A stretch of 64,000 bases of DNA from Candidatus Magasanikbacteria bacterium GW2011_GWA2_37_8 (GTDB taxonomy: Bacteria; Patescibacteriota; Patescibacteriia; Magasanikbacterales; GWA2-37-8), in NCBI GenBank assembly GCA_000992085.1, contig LBTN01000005.1, positions 4,999 through 68,998 of the forward strand, written 5' to 3'. Both the position numbers and the translations under genes were made by a program. This document shows, piece after piece, positions 10,771 to 20,172 of this stretch. Under the pieces are notes generated by a model. The model was not told where the DNA came from. It did not search any database and saw nothing but the letters and a program-made list of their open reading frames with translations. Each line of letters begins with the position of its first letter. Position 1 is the stretch's first letter.

Positions 10771-11679
10771 ATGCTAGAAACAATTTTCCTAAACAAACAA
10801 TTCTCTAATCCCATTGTACTCGCTTCAGGAATCTTAGGCGTAACCGGTGCTAGTTTAAATAATGTTATCAAAAATGGCGCTGGTGGTGTAACAGTAAAAT
10901 CTGTTTCCAAAGAACCACGTCTTGGCCACCCCAACCCTACCATGGCTGGTTATGAACATTTTTTTATTAACGCAGTTGGACTTTCCAACCCAGGAATTGA
11001 AAATGCTATTCTTGAATTAAAAAAATTCAAAGAATTGTCTAACGCACCGCTAATTGGTAGTATTTTTGCTGGCACACCCGAAGAATTTGGTTGGTTGGCA
11101 GAAAAAATTTGTGAAGCGCCAATTGATTTTTTGGAAATCGATATTTCTTGCCCAAATGTTAGCCGCGAATTTGGCGACCCCTTTGCTTATTCTGTACCAG
11201 CCGTAGAAAAAATTACCAAAGCAGTCAAAGAAAAATCAACTGTACCAATTTCTGTTAAACTTTCCCCTAATGCTTGGAATATTGATATAATTGCTAAAGC
11301 CGCCGAAAGTTCTGGTGCCGATGCTATTACCGCCGTAAACACTATTAGCGGTATGACAATCGATGTTCGGGCTCGTCGACCAGTTCTACACAATAAACAA
11401 GGTGGCGTATCTGGCCCAGCCCTATTTCCAATTGCCCTTAAATGCGTGTATGATATTTACAGGGCAGTAAAAATTCCAATTATTGGTACTGGCGGAGTAA
11501 CCACTGGTGAAAATGCCTTAGCCATGATTATGGCTGGCGCTACTTTGGTGGGTGTAGGCTCTGCGGTATATTTTCGAGGGGTAGAAGTTTTTAAACACAT
11601 TACCGAAGAAATGACAAAAATTATGGAGGAAGAAGGAATAAAAAATTTAAACGAAATTCGTGGCTGTGTACATTTGTAG
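10771..11679 (+). CDS. pyrD: Dihydroorotate dehydrogenase 1B catalytic subunit
   Basis: NPIVLASG, NAVGLSNPG, ISCPN, VKLSPN, GGVSG. Confidence 0.95.
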   Translation: MLETIFLNKQFSNPIVLASGILGVTGASLNNVIKNGAGGVTVKSVSKEPRLGHPNPTMAGYEHFFINAVGLSNPGIENAILELKKFKELSNAPLIGSIFAGTPEEFGWLAEKICEAPIDFLEIDISCPNVSREFGDPFAYSVPAVEKITKAVKEKSTVPISVKLSPNAWNIDIIAKAAESSGADAITAVNTISGMTIDVRARRPVLHNKQGGVSGPALFPIALKCVYDIYRAVKIPIIGTGGVTTGENALAMIMAGATLVGVGSAVYFRGVEVFKHITEEMTKIMEEEGIKNLNEIRGCVHL

Positions 11680-11759
11680 TTCAGAGCCAATAGCCAATAG
11701 TTCGTAGTTACAGCCTATTGGCTGTGAACTATCAACAAACTATTAACTTATAATATTAT

Positions 11760-12563
11760 ATGGATTCTACATTTATTAAAATCTCTGATATAGAAATCGA
11801 AAACTCGAACGTAAAAACTTTTTATTTTGATTATGAATTAAAAAGTAAACCAGGACAATTTATCATGCTTTGGATTCCAGGCACAGATCAAAAACCATTT
11901 TCTGTTTCTTTTGATAACGGCCAAAAATTTGGTTTAACCATTTTTAAACGAGGGCCAGCAACCAATAAATTATTTAAAATGAAAATTGGTGATCGGGTCG
12001 GAATAAATGGACCATACGGCACCAACTTTACTATCAATCCAAATTTACACTACATTATGGTAGCTGGTGGGTATGGTGCTGCCCCTTTAAAATTTTTAAC
12101 TCAAACTATTAATGGTGCTGCAATCGATTTTATTGCTGGTGGCCGCACCAAAGATAATTTATTATTTGAAGAAGAACTAACAAAAATACCAAACCTTAAT
12201 TTACATATTACTACCGATGACGGCAGCAAAGGTTATAAAGGATTTGTAACTGATGTATTAGTAGAATTGTTAGCTAAAATTGACCCTGCCCAAAAAGATA
12301 AAACTTTGGTGGTTACTTGTGGGCCAGAATTAATGCAAAAAAAGGTATTGGATATTTGTAATGAACACAATATTAATTGCGAAGTAAGCATCGAACGCTA
12401 TATGAAATGTGGTATGGGTATTTGCGGCCAATGCGTAATTGATGATTTGGGTATTTGTATGTGTAAAGACGGACCAGTAGTTAATCAAAAATTAGCTAAC
12501 CAAATTTTTGAATTTGGTAAATATCATCGTGATAAAAGTGGTGTAATAGTTCACAGCCAATAG
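11760..12563 (+). CDS. pyrK: Dihydroorotate dehydrogenase electron-transfer subunit
   Basis: KPGQF, GPYG, AGGYG, CGP, MKCGMGICGQC...C 2Fe-2S motif. Confidence 0.93.
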   Translation: MDSTFIKISDIEIENSNVKTFYFDYELKSKPGQFIMLWIPGTDQKPFSVSFDNGQKFGLTIFKRGPATNKLFKMKIGDRVGINGPYGTNFTINPNLHYIMVAGGYGAAPLKFLTQTINGAAIDFIAGGRTKDNLLFEEELTKIPNLNLHITTDDGSKGYKGFVTDVLVELLAKIDPAQKDKTLVVTCGPELMQKKVLDICNEHNINCEVSIERYMKCGMGICGQCVIDDLGICMCKDGPVVNQKLANQIFEFGKYHRDKSGVIVHSQ

Positions 12564-12650
12564 CCAATAGTTCATAGTTACGGGCCTATTGGCTACGAAC
12601 TATCAACAACCTATTGGCTACGAACTATTGGCTATGAACTAATTAAACAT

Positions 12651-13247
12651 ATGACCAAAGATTTAATTCTAAAACTTTACGAAATCAATGCGGTTAAATT
12701 TGGTGAATTTAAATTAAAGAGCGGTATCATGTCGCCAATTTATATTGATCTGCGTATTACTGTTTCTTACCCCGAAGTATTAAAAATGGTAGCCGAAGCA
12801 ATGTGGCAAAAAGTAAATGACATAAAATTTGATTTAATTTGCGGTGTCCCCTATACTGCTTTACCGATTGCTACGGTTATGTCGGTAGAACACAATATCC
12901 CAATGATTATGCGCCGCAAAGAAGTAAAAGATTATGGTACTAAAAAAGCAATTGAAGGAAAATTTGAAACCGGACAAAATTGTTTAATTATTGAAGACTT
13001 GGTTACTTCTGGCTCTAGCGTTTTTGAAACCATCGAACCACTACAATTAGAAGGATTAAAAGTAACAGACATTGTAGTATTGGTAGATCGTGAGCAAGGT
13101 GGAAAAAAACATCTTCAAACAAAAGGCTATAATTTACATTCTGTAATTACCATTTCAGAAATGTTAGAAGTTTTAAAAACTGAAAATAAGTTAGAAAAAG
13201 AAATGGTAGAAAAAGTAAAAACATTTATTCAAAGCAACCAAGTGTAA
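12651..13247 (+). CDS. pyrE: Orotate phosphoribosyltransferase
   Basis: [36 protein letters not shown]. Confidence 0.96.
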   Translation: MTKDLILKLYEINAVKFGEFKLKSGIMSPIYIDLRITVSYPEVLKMVAEAMWQKVNDIKFDLICGVPYTALPIATVMSVEHNIPMIMRRKEVKDYGTKKAIEGKFETGQNCLIIEDLVTSGSSVFETIEPLQLEGLKVTDIVVLVDREQGGKKHLQTKGYNLHSVITISEMLEVLKTENKLEKEMVEKVKTFIQSNQV

Positions 13248-13249
13248 TT

Positions 13250-14020
13250 ATGAATTATACCTACACACAACGCGCGAATTTATGTACCAATCCAACTGCT
13301 GTAAAACTTTTACAGTTAATGGACCAAAAACAAACCAATCTTTGTATCGCCGCCGACGTAATTTCTAAAAACCAATTACTAAAAATCGCCGACGAACTTG
13401 GAGACGAAATATGTATTTTGAAAACTCATATTGATATTTTGGAAGATTTTGATATGGACACAGTTATCCAACTTGACAGATTATCAGAAAAACATAATTT
13501 TCTTTTATTTGAAGACAGAAAATTTGCGGACATTGGTAACACTGTAAAACACCAATATCAAGACGGCATTTATCACATCGCCGATTGGGCTCACATTACT
13601 AACGCTCACACTGTTCCAGGGCCAGGAATTATTACTGGCCTAAAAGAAGTTGGGTTGCATAAAGGACGAGGATTACTACTGCTTGCCGAAATGAGTTCGG
13701 CTGGCACGCTCGCTAAAAATGAATACACTGCCGAAACATTAGAAATGGCAAAAAACAACAAAGACTTTGTAATTGGTTTTATTACCATGCGCCAGTTAAT
13801 TGATGACCCGTGTTTTATTAATCTAACACCAGGAGTACAACTAGCAGTTGGCACTGACAACTTAGGACAACAATACAACACCCCAGAAAAAGTAATTAAA
13901 GAAAATAATTCAGATGTTATTATTGTCGGCCGAGGTATTTATGAAGCCCAGGATCCAATTGCCGAAGCCAAAAAATATCGCACTGCCGGTTGGCAAGCAT
14001 ACTTGGCTAAATTAAGCTAA
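13250..14020 (+). CDS. pyrF: OMP decarboxylase (URA3/UMPS-like type)
   Basis: [38 protein letters not shown]. Confidence 0.96.
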   Translation: MNYTYTQRANLCTNPTAVKLLQLMDQKQTNLCIAADVISKNQLLKIADELGDEICILKTHIDILEDFDMDTVIQLDRLSEKHNFLLFEDRKFADIGNTVKHQYQDGIYHIADWAHITNAHTVPGPGIITGLKEVGLHKGRGLLLLAEMSSAGTLAKNEYTAETLEMAKNNKDFVIGFITMRQLIDDPCFINLTPGVQLAVGTDNLGQQYNTPEKVIKENNSDVIIVGRGIYEAQDPIAEAKKYRTAGWQAYLAKLS

Positions 14021-14145
14021 ATTTATATACCCCATCTTGACAGAATAGCAAATTTATGCTATTCTGTTATGTTATTGGGGTGGAGAAAATAATAATTAAT
14101 TAGTTGATTGTTATTTTGTCCGTAACCATATGGATGGAGGAATCC

Positions 14146-14502
14146 ATGTTCTGGACGATCGAACGAGCCACCGAGTGGTGGCAACTGCTCATGGTCTTGG
14201 CTGGGGTCTTGGGGATCCTGGCCTACATCGCGATGCAGGCCATCGCGTACGAGTGGGTCGACAAAGGCCCTAATCCGATGGCGCGCAGAAACGTGGCGGG
14301 AGAAATGATCGAGGAACGGATACTCGATCGCGAGCCCCGCTCCTGGCGGATCCGGATCATCGGCTGGACGATCGAGCTCGCCATCTTGGCGGCGCTACCC
14401 CAACCGATGCTGATCGCAGCTGGCATCGGCATCGCCGTCGCCGCGGCCATACACACGGTGTCCCGTTCGGTGGACACCACCATTGGTGGAGGGGGTTACT
14501 AA
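14146..14502 (+). CDS. GC-rich orphan membrane protein
   Basis: GGAGG SD, GC-rich codons, three hydrophobic stretches, followed by terminator AAACCCTGCACC..GGTGCAGGGTTT. Confidence 0.6.
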   Translation: MFWTIERATEWWQLLMVLAGVLGILAYIAMQAIAYEWVDKGPNPMARRNVAGEMIEERILDREPRSWRIRIIGWTIELAILAALPQPMLIAAGIGIAVAAAIHTVSRSVDTTIGGGGY

Positions 14503-14608
14503 GCCCGTCCGGTCGGTCGTCTTGCTCACGCGAGGCGATCGACCGGTGGGCTCTTTCTATATATAAACCCTGCACCGTTCTGGTGCAGGGTTTTGATTTA
14601 AATATTTT

Positions 14609-14965
14609 TTATCTACCGGCAATTAATTGCAGAACACTACCTACTTTTTCTTTCCACTTATTATCGTCCAAAACGCCTTTCATACTTAACAATTCTTTTA
14701 GATCTTCATCAGATAACATATACAACCACTCAATCACTCGCTTTTGTTGCTCTGGAGTTTGATAAAGCAAAATATCTACTAATTCAATCTGCAAGCGTTC
14801 AGCCAAACCATAACGATCTAATAAATCCAATAAACGATCACTGTCTTCTGGGCTCATCTTCTCTCTTATTAATTTGTAAACATTACTTTTATTTCTTTGG
14901 TCGGCTAATAATGAACTGCTTAATTCACCAGATACATCTGGTGTAAATTTTACTTCTGTATCCAT
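14609..14965 (-). CDS. Hypothetical protein
   Basis: ORF abutting ruvA stop, host-like composition. Confidence 0.55.
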   Translation of the reverse strand: MDTEVKFTPDVSGELSSSLLADQRNKSNVYKLIREKMSPEDSDRLLDLLDRYGLAERLQIELVDILLYQTPEQQKRVIEWLYMLSDEDLKELLSMKGVLDDNKWKEKVGSVLQLIAGR

Positions 14966-14966
14966 A

Positions 14967-15554
14967 TTATTTAGCACTCAAACTTTTTAAAACTAACTTC
15001 ATTAATTCTTCTGCACTTTTATTGGTTGCATCTATTTTCTTTACTGCTTCGCGCACTATCTCTTTGGTATAACCCAAAGAAATTAACCCCTCAACCACAT
15101 CTCCCACCACACCATCCTCGTTACCCAACTGTTCATTTCTAATTGTTCCTTGTTTATTAATTTTATTTTTCAATTCTACTACAATCCGCTCGGCGGTTTT
15201 TCTTCCCACTCCACTTACCTTAATTAAATAATCAACATCGCTTCTACTAATCGCTCCAGAAATTTCGGCGACTGTTCCAAGTGATAACAAATGCAAAGCC
15301 GATTTTGGCCCAATACCAGTAACAGTTAAAAACTGCAAAAATAATTCACGCTCTGCTTGATCTTTAAAACCGCAAAGCTCCATTGCGTTTTCTCGAACCA
15401 CTAAATAAGTTAATAACTGCACCTCTGTTCCTACCTGCCACTCGCTAACCGTAGCAATATTAACCAAAATTTCATATCCAATACCGCCCGCAGTTATAAC
15501 CACTATTTTATTTTCTTCTTTACTAACAATTTTTCCAACAATTAAAGAAATCAT
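14967..15554 (-). CDS. ruvA: Holliday junction branch migration protein A
   Basis: GGIGYEI, VTGIGPKSAL, VSGVGRKTAERI, LISLGY. Confidence 0.95.
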   Translation of the reverse strand: MISLIVGKIVSKEENKIVVITAGGIGYEILVNIATVSEWQVGTEVQLLTYLVVRENAMELCGFKDQAERELFLQFLTVTGIGPKSALHLLSLGTVAEISGAISRSDVDYLIKVSGVGRKTAERIVVELKNKINKQGTIRNEQLGNEDGVVGDVVEGLISLGYTKEIVREAVKKIDATNKSAEELMKLVLKSLSAK

Positions 15555-15555
15555 A

Positions 15556-16521
15556 TTACTTCTTTTTTCCTACTCGGCTTACTCTAATCAACCCCCCGCA
15601 AGGCACAACATCAATACCTTTCTTTTCTAATTCATCTAATAATAAATTCATACCTAAAGAATCTGAGGCCATATGCCCAGCAATTACTATATTTAAGTGA
15701 TGTTCGTTGGCTTTGCCCCTGGCACTTTCTTTCATATGCATACCAACTATTGTAGAAATACCATAACGCGATAATGCTTCATACATTGCATCGGAAGGAT
15801 TGGTGCCCCCAGTCATTTCTAATATAAACTTACCTAACCGACTTTTTGGATTACCCGAAAGTAAATTTGGCCCAGCGCCACGTCTTTTAGCTTCTTGATA
15901 TTCTGGAATTTCTAATAAAGCATCCAGAAAATCCCCCACGGTGCGCAACTTCTTTTTTGATAAAAACTTCATCAAAAAATTATTTACCAAATTATCCGTA
16001 GGTGTATGAGTATTCATTAAATTTACTTTGAGTAGACGCGCCATATCGATAATCTGATAATGATTAATCGGATGTATACTTCTACCTACTTCTTTGATTC
16101 TTTCTTCCATCATTTTTTCGGCCACATGAACCGGTACACCAGCTTGTTCAAACATAGCTACTTGCATATCCATTACACCATGCAAATCTGCCAAACCACG
16201 ACCCAGTGGATGATGGCCCATAACTAAATCAATTTTTTTACCCCGCTCGCTTAATTGTGAAGCCAAAAGTATTTCACTACCATCAATATCAATGCCAGCC
16301 AATACTCGTTTTACCACTGTTTTATCATCGCTAAAATGCACACCGCTATCAGAATAGGGGTGGTCTAGGCGCTCTGCGTTAAAATATGATTTAGCCTCGG
16401 AAGACGATTTGTCGTGCTCTTTCTTAACATCTGCCAAATATTCTTTGATTCCTTGTGCGCCACGTGGGTCAACCGATTTGGCCATATTAACTGCCAATTC
16501 AAAAATTTGTTTTACTAACAT
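15556..16521 (-). CDS. NIF3 (NGG1p-interacting factor)-like metal-binding protein
   Basis: LAGIDID, HHPLG, HTPTDN, IAGHMASDSLG. Confidence 0.7.
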   Translation of the reverse strand: MLVKQIFELAVNMAKSVDPRGAQGIKEYLADVKKEHDKSSSEAKSYFNAERLDHPYSDSGVHFSDDKTVVKRVLAGIDIDGSEILLASQLSERGKKIDLVMGHHPLGRGLADLHGVMDMQVAMFEQAGVPVHVAEKMMEERIKEVGRSIHPINHYQIIDMARLLKVNLMNTHTPTDNLVNNFLMKFLSKKKLRTVGDFLDALLEIPEYQEAKRRGAGPNLLSGNPKSRLGKFILEMTGGTNPSDAMYEALSRYGISTIVGMHMKESARGKANEHHLNIVIAGHMASDSLGMNLLLDELEKKGIDVVPCGGLIRVSRVGKKK

Positions 16522-16711
16522 AGTGTGAAAGAAATAAGGAGTAAAGAGTAAGGAATAAATAACAGTTAATCGCCCGCATTACTTATTCCTTTTTCCTTAT
16601 TCTTTATTCCTTCATCTTATTACAAAAAAACCGACCTGTCAAACCCTATACACCACATTTTGTGGGGCTGGGCACGTTACAGGTCGGCGTGACGAAGACA
16701 AGCATTTTTCG

Positions 16712-17641
16712 TCATTTTACTTTTATTTTCTTCCCCCTAAAATCCTTATAACTATCTGCCTTAAATTCCCAAAAATCCAACGGCACAGGTATTTTACCAG
16801 AACCATCTGGGGCGTCAATAGTATATAATGGTGTTGCTAAACCACTTAGTCTCTTGCGTAATTCTGTAAAAATTTTTATTTCTTTTTTAAAATCAACCAT
16901 AAAATGTTCGACCCCAATTACTGGATCACACCGAAAAAAATAATACGGCTTTACTCCCACTTCTACTAATCGAGAAAATAAATTATACAAAATTTCTACA
17001 GAATCATTAACTCCTTTTAGTGAAACTGTTTGCGATAACATCATTGTACAAACCGGACGCAAACGATTTAATGCTTTAATGGTTGCCTCGGTAATTTCGG
17101 CTGGATGTTCAAAATGTAGCATTAAATATAGTGGCTGTTTTTTAACTATTTTTAATGCTTCAATTAACTTTTTATTTACTGCACTGGGATTAGAAACCGG
17201 CAAACGCGAGCCAACCCTAATTACTTTTATTTGAGGTAATTTTACAAATTTTTGTAAAGCTTGTTTTAGTATTTCTGGCACGGTCATAGGGTCGCCACCA
17301 GAAAAAACCAATTCTTTAATTTCGGGATGTTGTTTAATATATCGCACCATATTATCCAAATCTTTGGTACTAACTATTCCTTTAGCAATATCCGATACTT
17401 TACGTCGGCGAGTACAAAACCGACAATAGGCAGCACAATTCATAGTTAAAAGCACCAGAGCTCTATTACCGTACTTGTGCACTAAACCCCGAGTAACTGT
17501 AAAATGTTCCTCGAGCAACGGATCGGCCGAAGTAATCGTTTCGTCTTGCTCTTCTTTGTTCGAAGGTACAAACTGACGATAAATTTCCGGACAAACTTTG
17601 GTAAGTTTTTTTAAATGTGGTGATAATCTAGTTGCCAACAT
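16712..17641 (-). CDS. kamA: KamA-family radical SAM/PLP lysine 2,3-aminomutase
   Basis: GLVHKY, CAAYCRFC (CxxxCxxC), SGGDP, HPAEI, IDAPDGSGK (PLP Lys). Confidence 0.88.
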   Translation of the reverse strand: MLATRLSPHLKKLTKVCPEIYRQFVPSNKEEQDETITSADPLLEEHFTVTRGLVHKYGNRALVLLTMNCAAYCRFCTRRRKVSDIAKGIVSTKDLDNMVRYIKQHPEIKELVFSGGDPMTVPEILKQALQKFVKLPQIKVIRVGSRLPVSNPSAVNKKLIEALKIVKKQPLYLMLHFEHPAEITEATIKALNRLRPVCTMMLSQTVSLKGVNDSVEILYNLFSRLVEVGVKPYYFFRCDPVIGVEHFMVDFKKEIKIFTELRKRLSGLATPLYTIDAPDGSGKIPVPLDFWEFKADSYKDFRGKKIKVK

Positions 17642-17708
17642 AGAATTAAGGAATAATGAAAAAGGATTAAGGAATAAGTAACCTAAACAATCAATCGCTA
17701 TTTACTCT

Positions 17709-18752
17709 TTATTCCTTACTCCTTGTTCCTTCATACACAATCCCATACCGTTTACACGCCGACTGTAAAATTTCTTCCAACATTTTTTCATAACTTAATC
17801 CATCTGCCAATGCCGCTCGCACAAACCTTGAATTATCTTTTGGATCAGGCATAACTCCGGGTGGACAATTTACTTCAATAAAACTTGGGGTACCATTTTT
17901 ATCAAGCCGCACATCAATTCGTGCCCAATCTCTCATTTCCAAAGCGTCAAAAGACCGCAAACACAATTCTTCAATTTTGGATTTTAATTCTGGTGTTAAT
18001 ACAGCCGGACAAATTACTGGATCTTTTTGTTGCTCGGGATTATCATAAATCCATTTCGCTTCAAAATGATCAAACTTTGGCATCCCTTCTGGCAATTCAT
18101 TAAAAGTAATTTCCACAATTGGTAGCACCCGAGCTGGATTGCCAATTACCGCTACTGTAAATTCTCGACCAGGTAAATATTCTTCAATAATTACCGGCTG
18201 ATGAAATTTCTCTAATAGTTCTGCCACTAAATTTTTTAAATCTTCAGTATTATCTACCAAATTTTTAGCGGTAATACCTTTGCTCGAACCTTCGGCTAAA
18301 GGTTTGGCAATTACCGGAAAAAAATTAACTGGATTTTCTTCTAAATAAGATAATTTACTTACCGTCATCCAGTGCGGAGTGGCAATACCATAGGAGGTTA
18401 AAATTTCTTTAGCCACCGACTTGTTTAAACCCACTGCATAACCAAGTGGTTTTGGACCAGTATACGGAATTTGTAACATTTCCATCATGGCTGGCAATTG
18501 CGCTTCACGGTCTGCACCATGCATACCTTCGGCTACATTAAATACCAAATCAATTTTACTTTTTAAATTTCTTAATTTTTCGTAAGCATCCTCGTTGGCC
18601 TCTATCCCAACCACGGTATGCCCTAATTTTTCTAGTGCTCTAGTCATTCCTTCAATGGTTGTTGGCTCATCAAACTCTGCTTCTTTTAAATATTCAGGAT
18701 TATTTAAATCTGGTTTGGTGTGTCGCATGTTGTAAACTAAACCAATATGCAT
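17709..18752 (-). CDS. D-Ala-D-Ala-ligase-like ATP-grasp ligase
   Basis: VFNVAEG, EGSSKGI, EEYLPGREFT, ARIDVRL, FIEVN. Confidence 0.88.
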   Translation of the reverse strand: MHIGLVYNMRHTKPDLNNPEYLKEAEFDEPTTIEGMTRALEKLGHTVVGIEANEDAYEKLRNLKSKIDLVFNVAEGMHGADREAQLPAMMEMLQIPYTGPKPLGYAVGLNKSVAKEILTSYGIATPHWMTVSKLSYLEENPVNFFPVIAKPLAEGSSKGITAKNLVDNTEDLKNLVAELLEKFHQPVIIEEYLPGREFTVAVIGNPARVLPIVEITFNELPEGMPKFDHFEAKWIYDNPEQQKDPVICPAVLTPELKSKIEELCLRSFDALEMRDWARIDVRLDKNGTPSFIEVNCPPGVMPDPKDNSRFVRAALADGLSYEKMLEEILQSACKRYGIVYEGTRSKE

Positions 18753-18757
18753 ATATT

Positions 18758-19789
18758 TTAATTTAAAATCAACCCACCATTCAAACTATTTTCTTTATTA
18801 CCATTATCGCGGTGGACATTAATTACCAAACGTCTTAAAATTTCTTCAAATTCGATGCCATATAATTTTAAAACATTACTAACAGCACACTCTACCCCAA
18901 AAGCAGGATTGGCGTTACAGTCGATAAAATAATACCGGCCAGATTCATCTTGACGCACATCAAACTTGGCATAATCATCCATTTTTAAAACATCAAAAGC
19001 CGAACGAACATAACCTTCCAAAATATCATTGCCGTCAGCACGGGCATAATCATAACTATTAATATCATGCCAAACTGCGTCAAAAGAAGCAATTTTATAT
19101 TTTTCGGCTGAATCACGAAATACTTTTTCTCCAATATATACTTTGCGAATTGCTCCTTCGAGTAAATAAGCGGTAAGTTCTTTACCAACAATAAATTCTT
19201 CTACCAAAACCGGCTGCTTGTAAGTACTGATCAAATTTTTTAATTGATTACGTAATCCAGCTTCGTTTTCGCTAACCGAATTTTGATCAATCGCTACGCT
19301 ACCATGAACTTCATTTAATTTGGAAATTAAAGGAAATTTTAAATGCATGTCGATTGGGTCGTTGGCAGTCTTAAATAATTGATAGCGGGGCAATGGTACA
19401 CCGGCTTGTTCTAATAATTTTTTGGTTAAAAATTTATTAGAATTAATAGATAACCCAAGCATGCCAGTGCCTAAATATGGAATATTTAATAATTCTAAAG
19501 TGCCAGGAATAGCCGCCGACAAATATTCTTTACCTTCCACCGAATCTACTAAATTTAATACAAAATCTAATGGTTTTTTCTTACGAAGAATCTCGGTTAA
19601 ATCACTGTTGCCTGGCACCAAATCAACAACATACCCTAATTTTTCAAAATACGGCACCAAAGTTTTAGCACGCTCGAACACTTCCGCCTCGGAAATATAT
19701 TGTTCTTCGGTTGGGAAGTATTCTCGTTTAGCATCACTATATAAAATAGCGATGTGTTTGTGATTGGTTATTTCCATTTTATTATCCAT
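18758..19789 (-). CDS. Second Ddl-like ATP-grasp ligase
   Basis: VLNLVD, NKFLTK, HGSVAI, VEEFIVGKE, AKFDVR, FIDCNANP. Confidence 0.82.
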   Translation of the reverse strand: MDNKMEITNHKHIAILYSDAKREYFPTEEQYISEAEVFERAKTLVPYFEKLGYVVDLVPGNSDLTEILRKKKPLDFVLNLVDSVEGKEYLSAAIPGTLELLNIPYLGTGMLGLSINSNKFLTKKLLEQAGVPLPRYQLFKTANDPIDMHLKFPLISKLNEVHGSVAIDQNSVSENEAGLRNQLKNLISTYKQPVLVEEFIVGKELTAYLLEGAIRKVYIGEKVFRDSAEKYKIASFDAVWHDINSYDYARADGNDILEGYVRSAFDVLKMDDYAKFDVRQDESGRYYFIDCNANPAFGVECAVSNVLKLYGIEFEEILRRLVINVHRDNGNKENSLNGGLILN

Positions 19790-19885
19790 ATAAATAAATA
19801 TTCAAAAAAATTAACTGACCAGAAGATCCAGCGTTTGGTTGCTCTTTAACGGGTTAAAGAGTAATCAAACATGGGATTAGAACAA

Positions 19886-19988
19886 ACAATTTCGCGTTTA
19901 TTTGCCCTCGAGCGGGTTGTGCCCCGCAGGGCACCCTTTTGCCCTCGCGGGCAAAAAAAGCGAGGGGGCAAATAAACGTGGAATTGTG
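19886..19988. repeat. GC-rich branched palindromic element in the ATP-grasp/kamA leader
   Basis: About 24-bp outer stem enclosing GTGCCC-CGCA-GGGCAC and TTTTGCCC-TCGC-GGGCAAAA hairpins. Confidence 0.7.
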
Positions 19989-20004
19989 ATTATGATTTAA
20001 TAAA

Positions 20005-20149
20005 ATAAACAAAATCCCAAGTCAACCACAGTCAACTTGGGATTAAATTTTAGTCAGAGATTAAATTAGGGAAAGGATCCTCCGTAAAGGACACATGATT
20101 CATAATATTTTTTCTGGTGTAATTATATCACCACTCACCCTAGTGTCAA
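20005..20149 (-). promoter_or_regulatory. Sigma70 promoter, 17-aa uORF and terminator leading the ATP-grasp/kamA operon
   Basis: TTGACA-16-TATAAT with TGn; ATG 20103-TAA 20050 (MNHVSFTEDPFPNLISD); AATCCCAAGT..ACTTGGGATT-TTGTTT. Confidence 0.55.
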
Positions 20150-20172
20150 GAGATTTTTGCCATGTGGATAAG

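Larger units (their letters stand above)
9545..12642. repeat. Inverted heptamer-repeat clusters (TAGTTCA/CAGCCAA/TAGCCAA vs TTGGCTG/TGAACTA) at 9545-9712, 10671-10760, 11677-11735 and 12547-12642
   Basis: Direct reading; each junction has forward heptamers followed by their reverse complements. Confidence 0.9.

Noticed and set aside
9545-12642. CRISPR array interpretation of the pyr junction repeats
   Set aside because: Units are degenerate 7-mers in inverted orientation with no constant repeat-spacer period, and no cas genes are present
14100-14600. Integron cassette (attC) reading of the GC-rich orphans
   Set aside because: No RYYYAAC/GTTRRRY core sites found, cassettes are dispersed, and no intI is present
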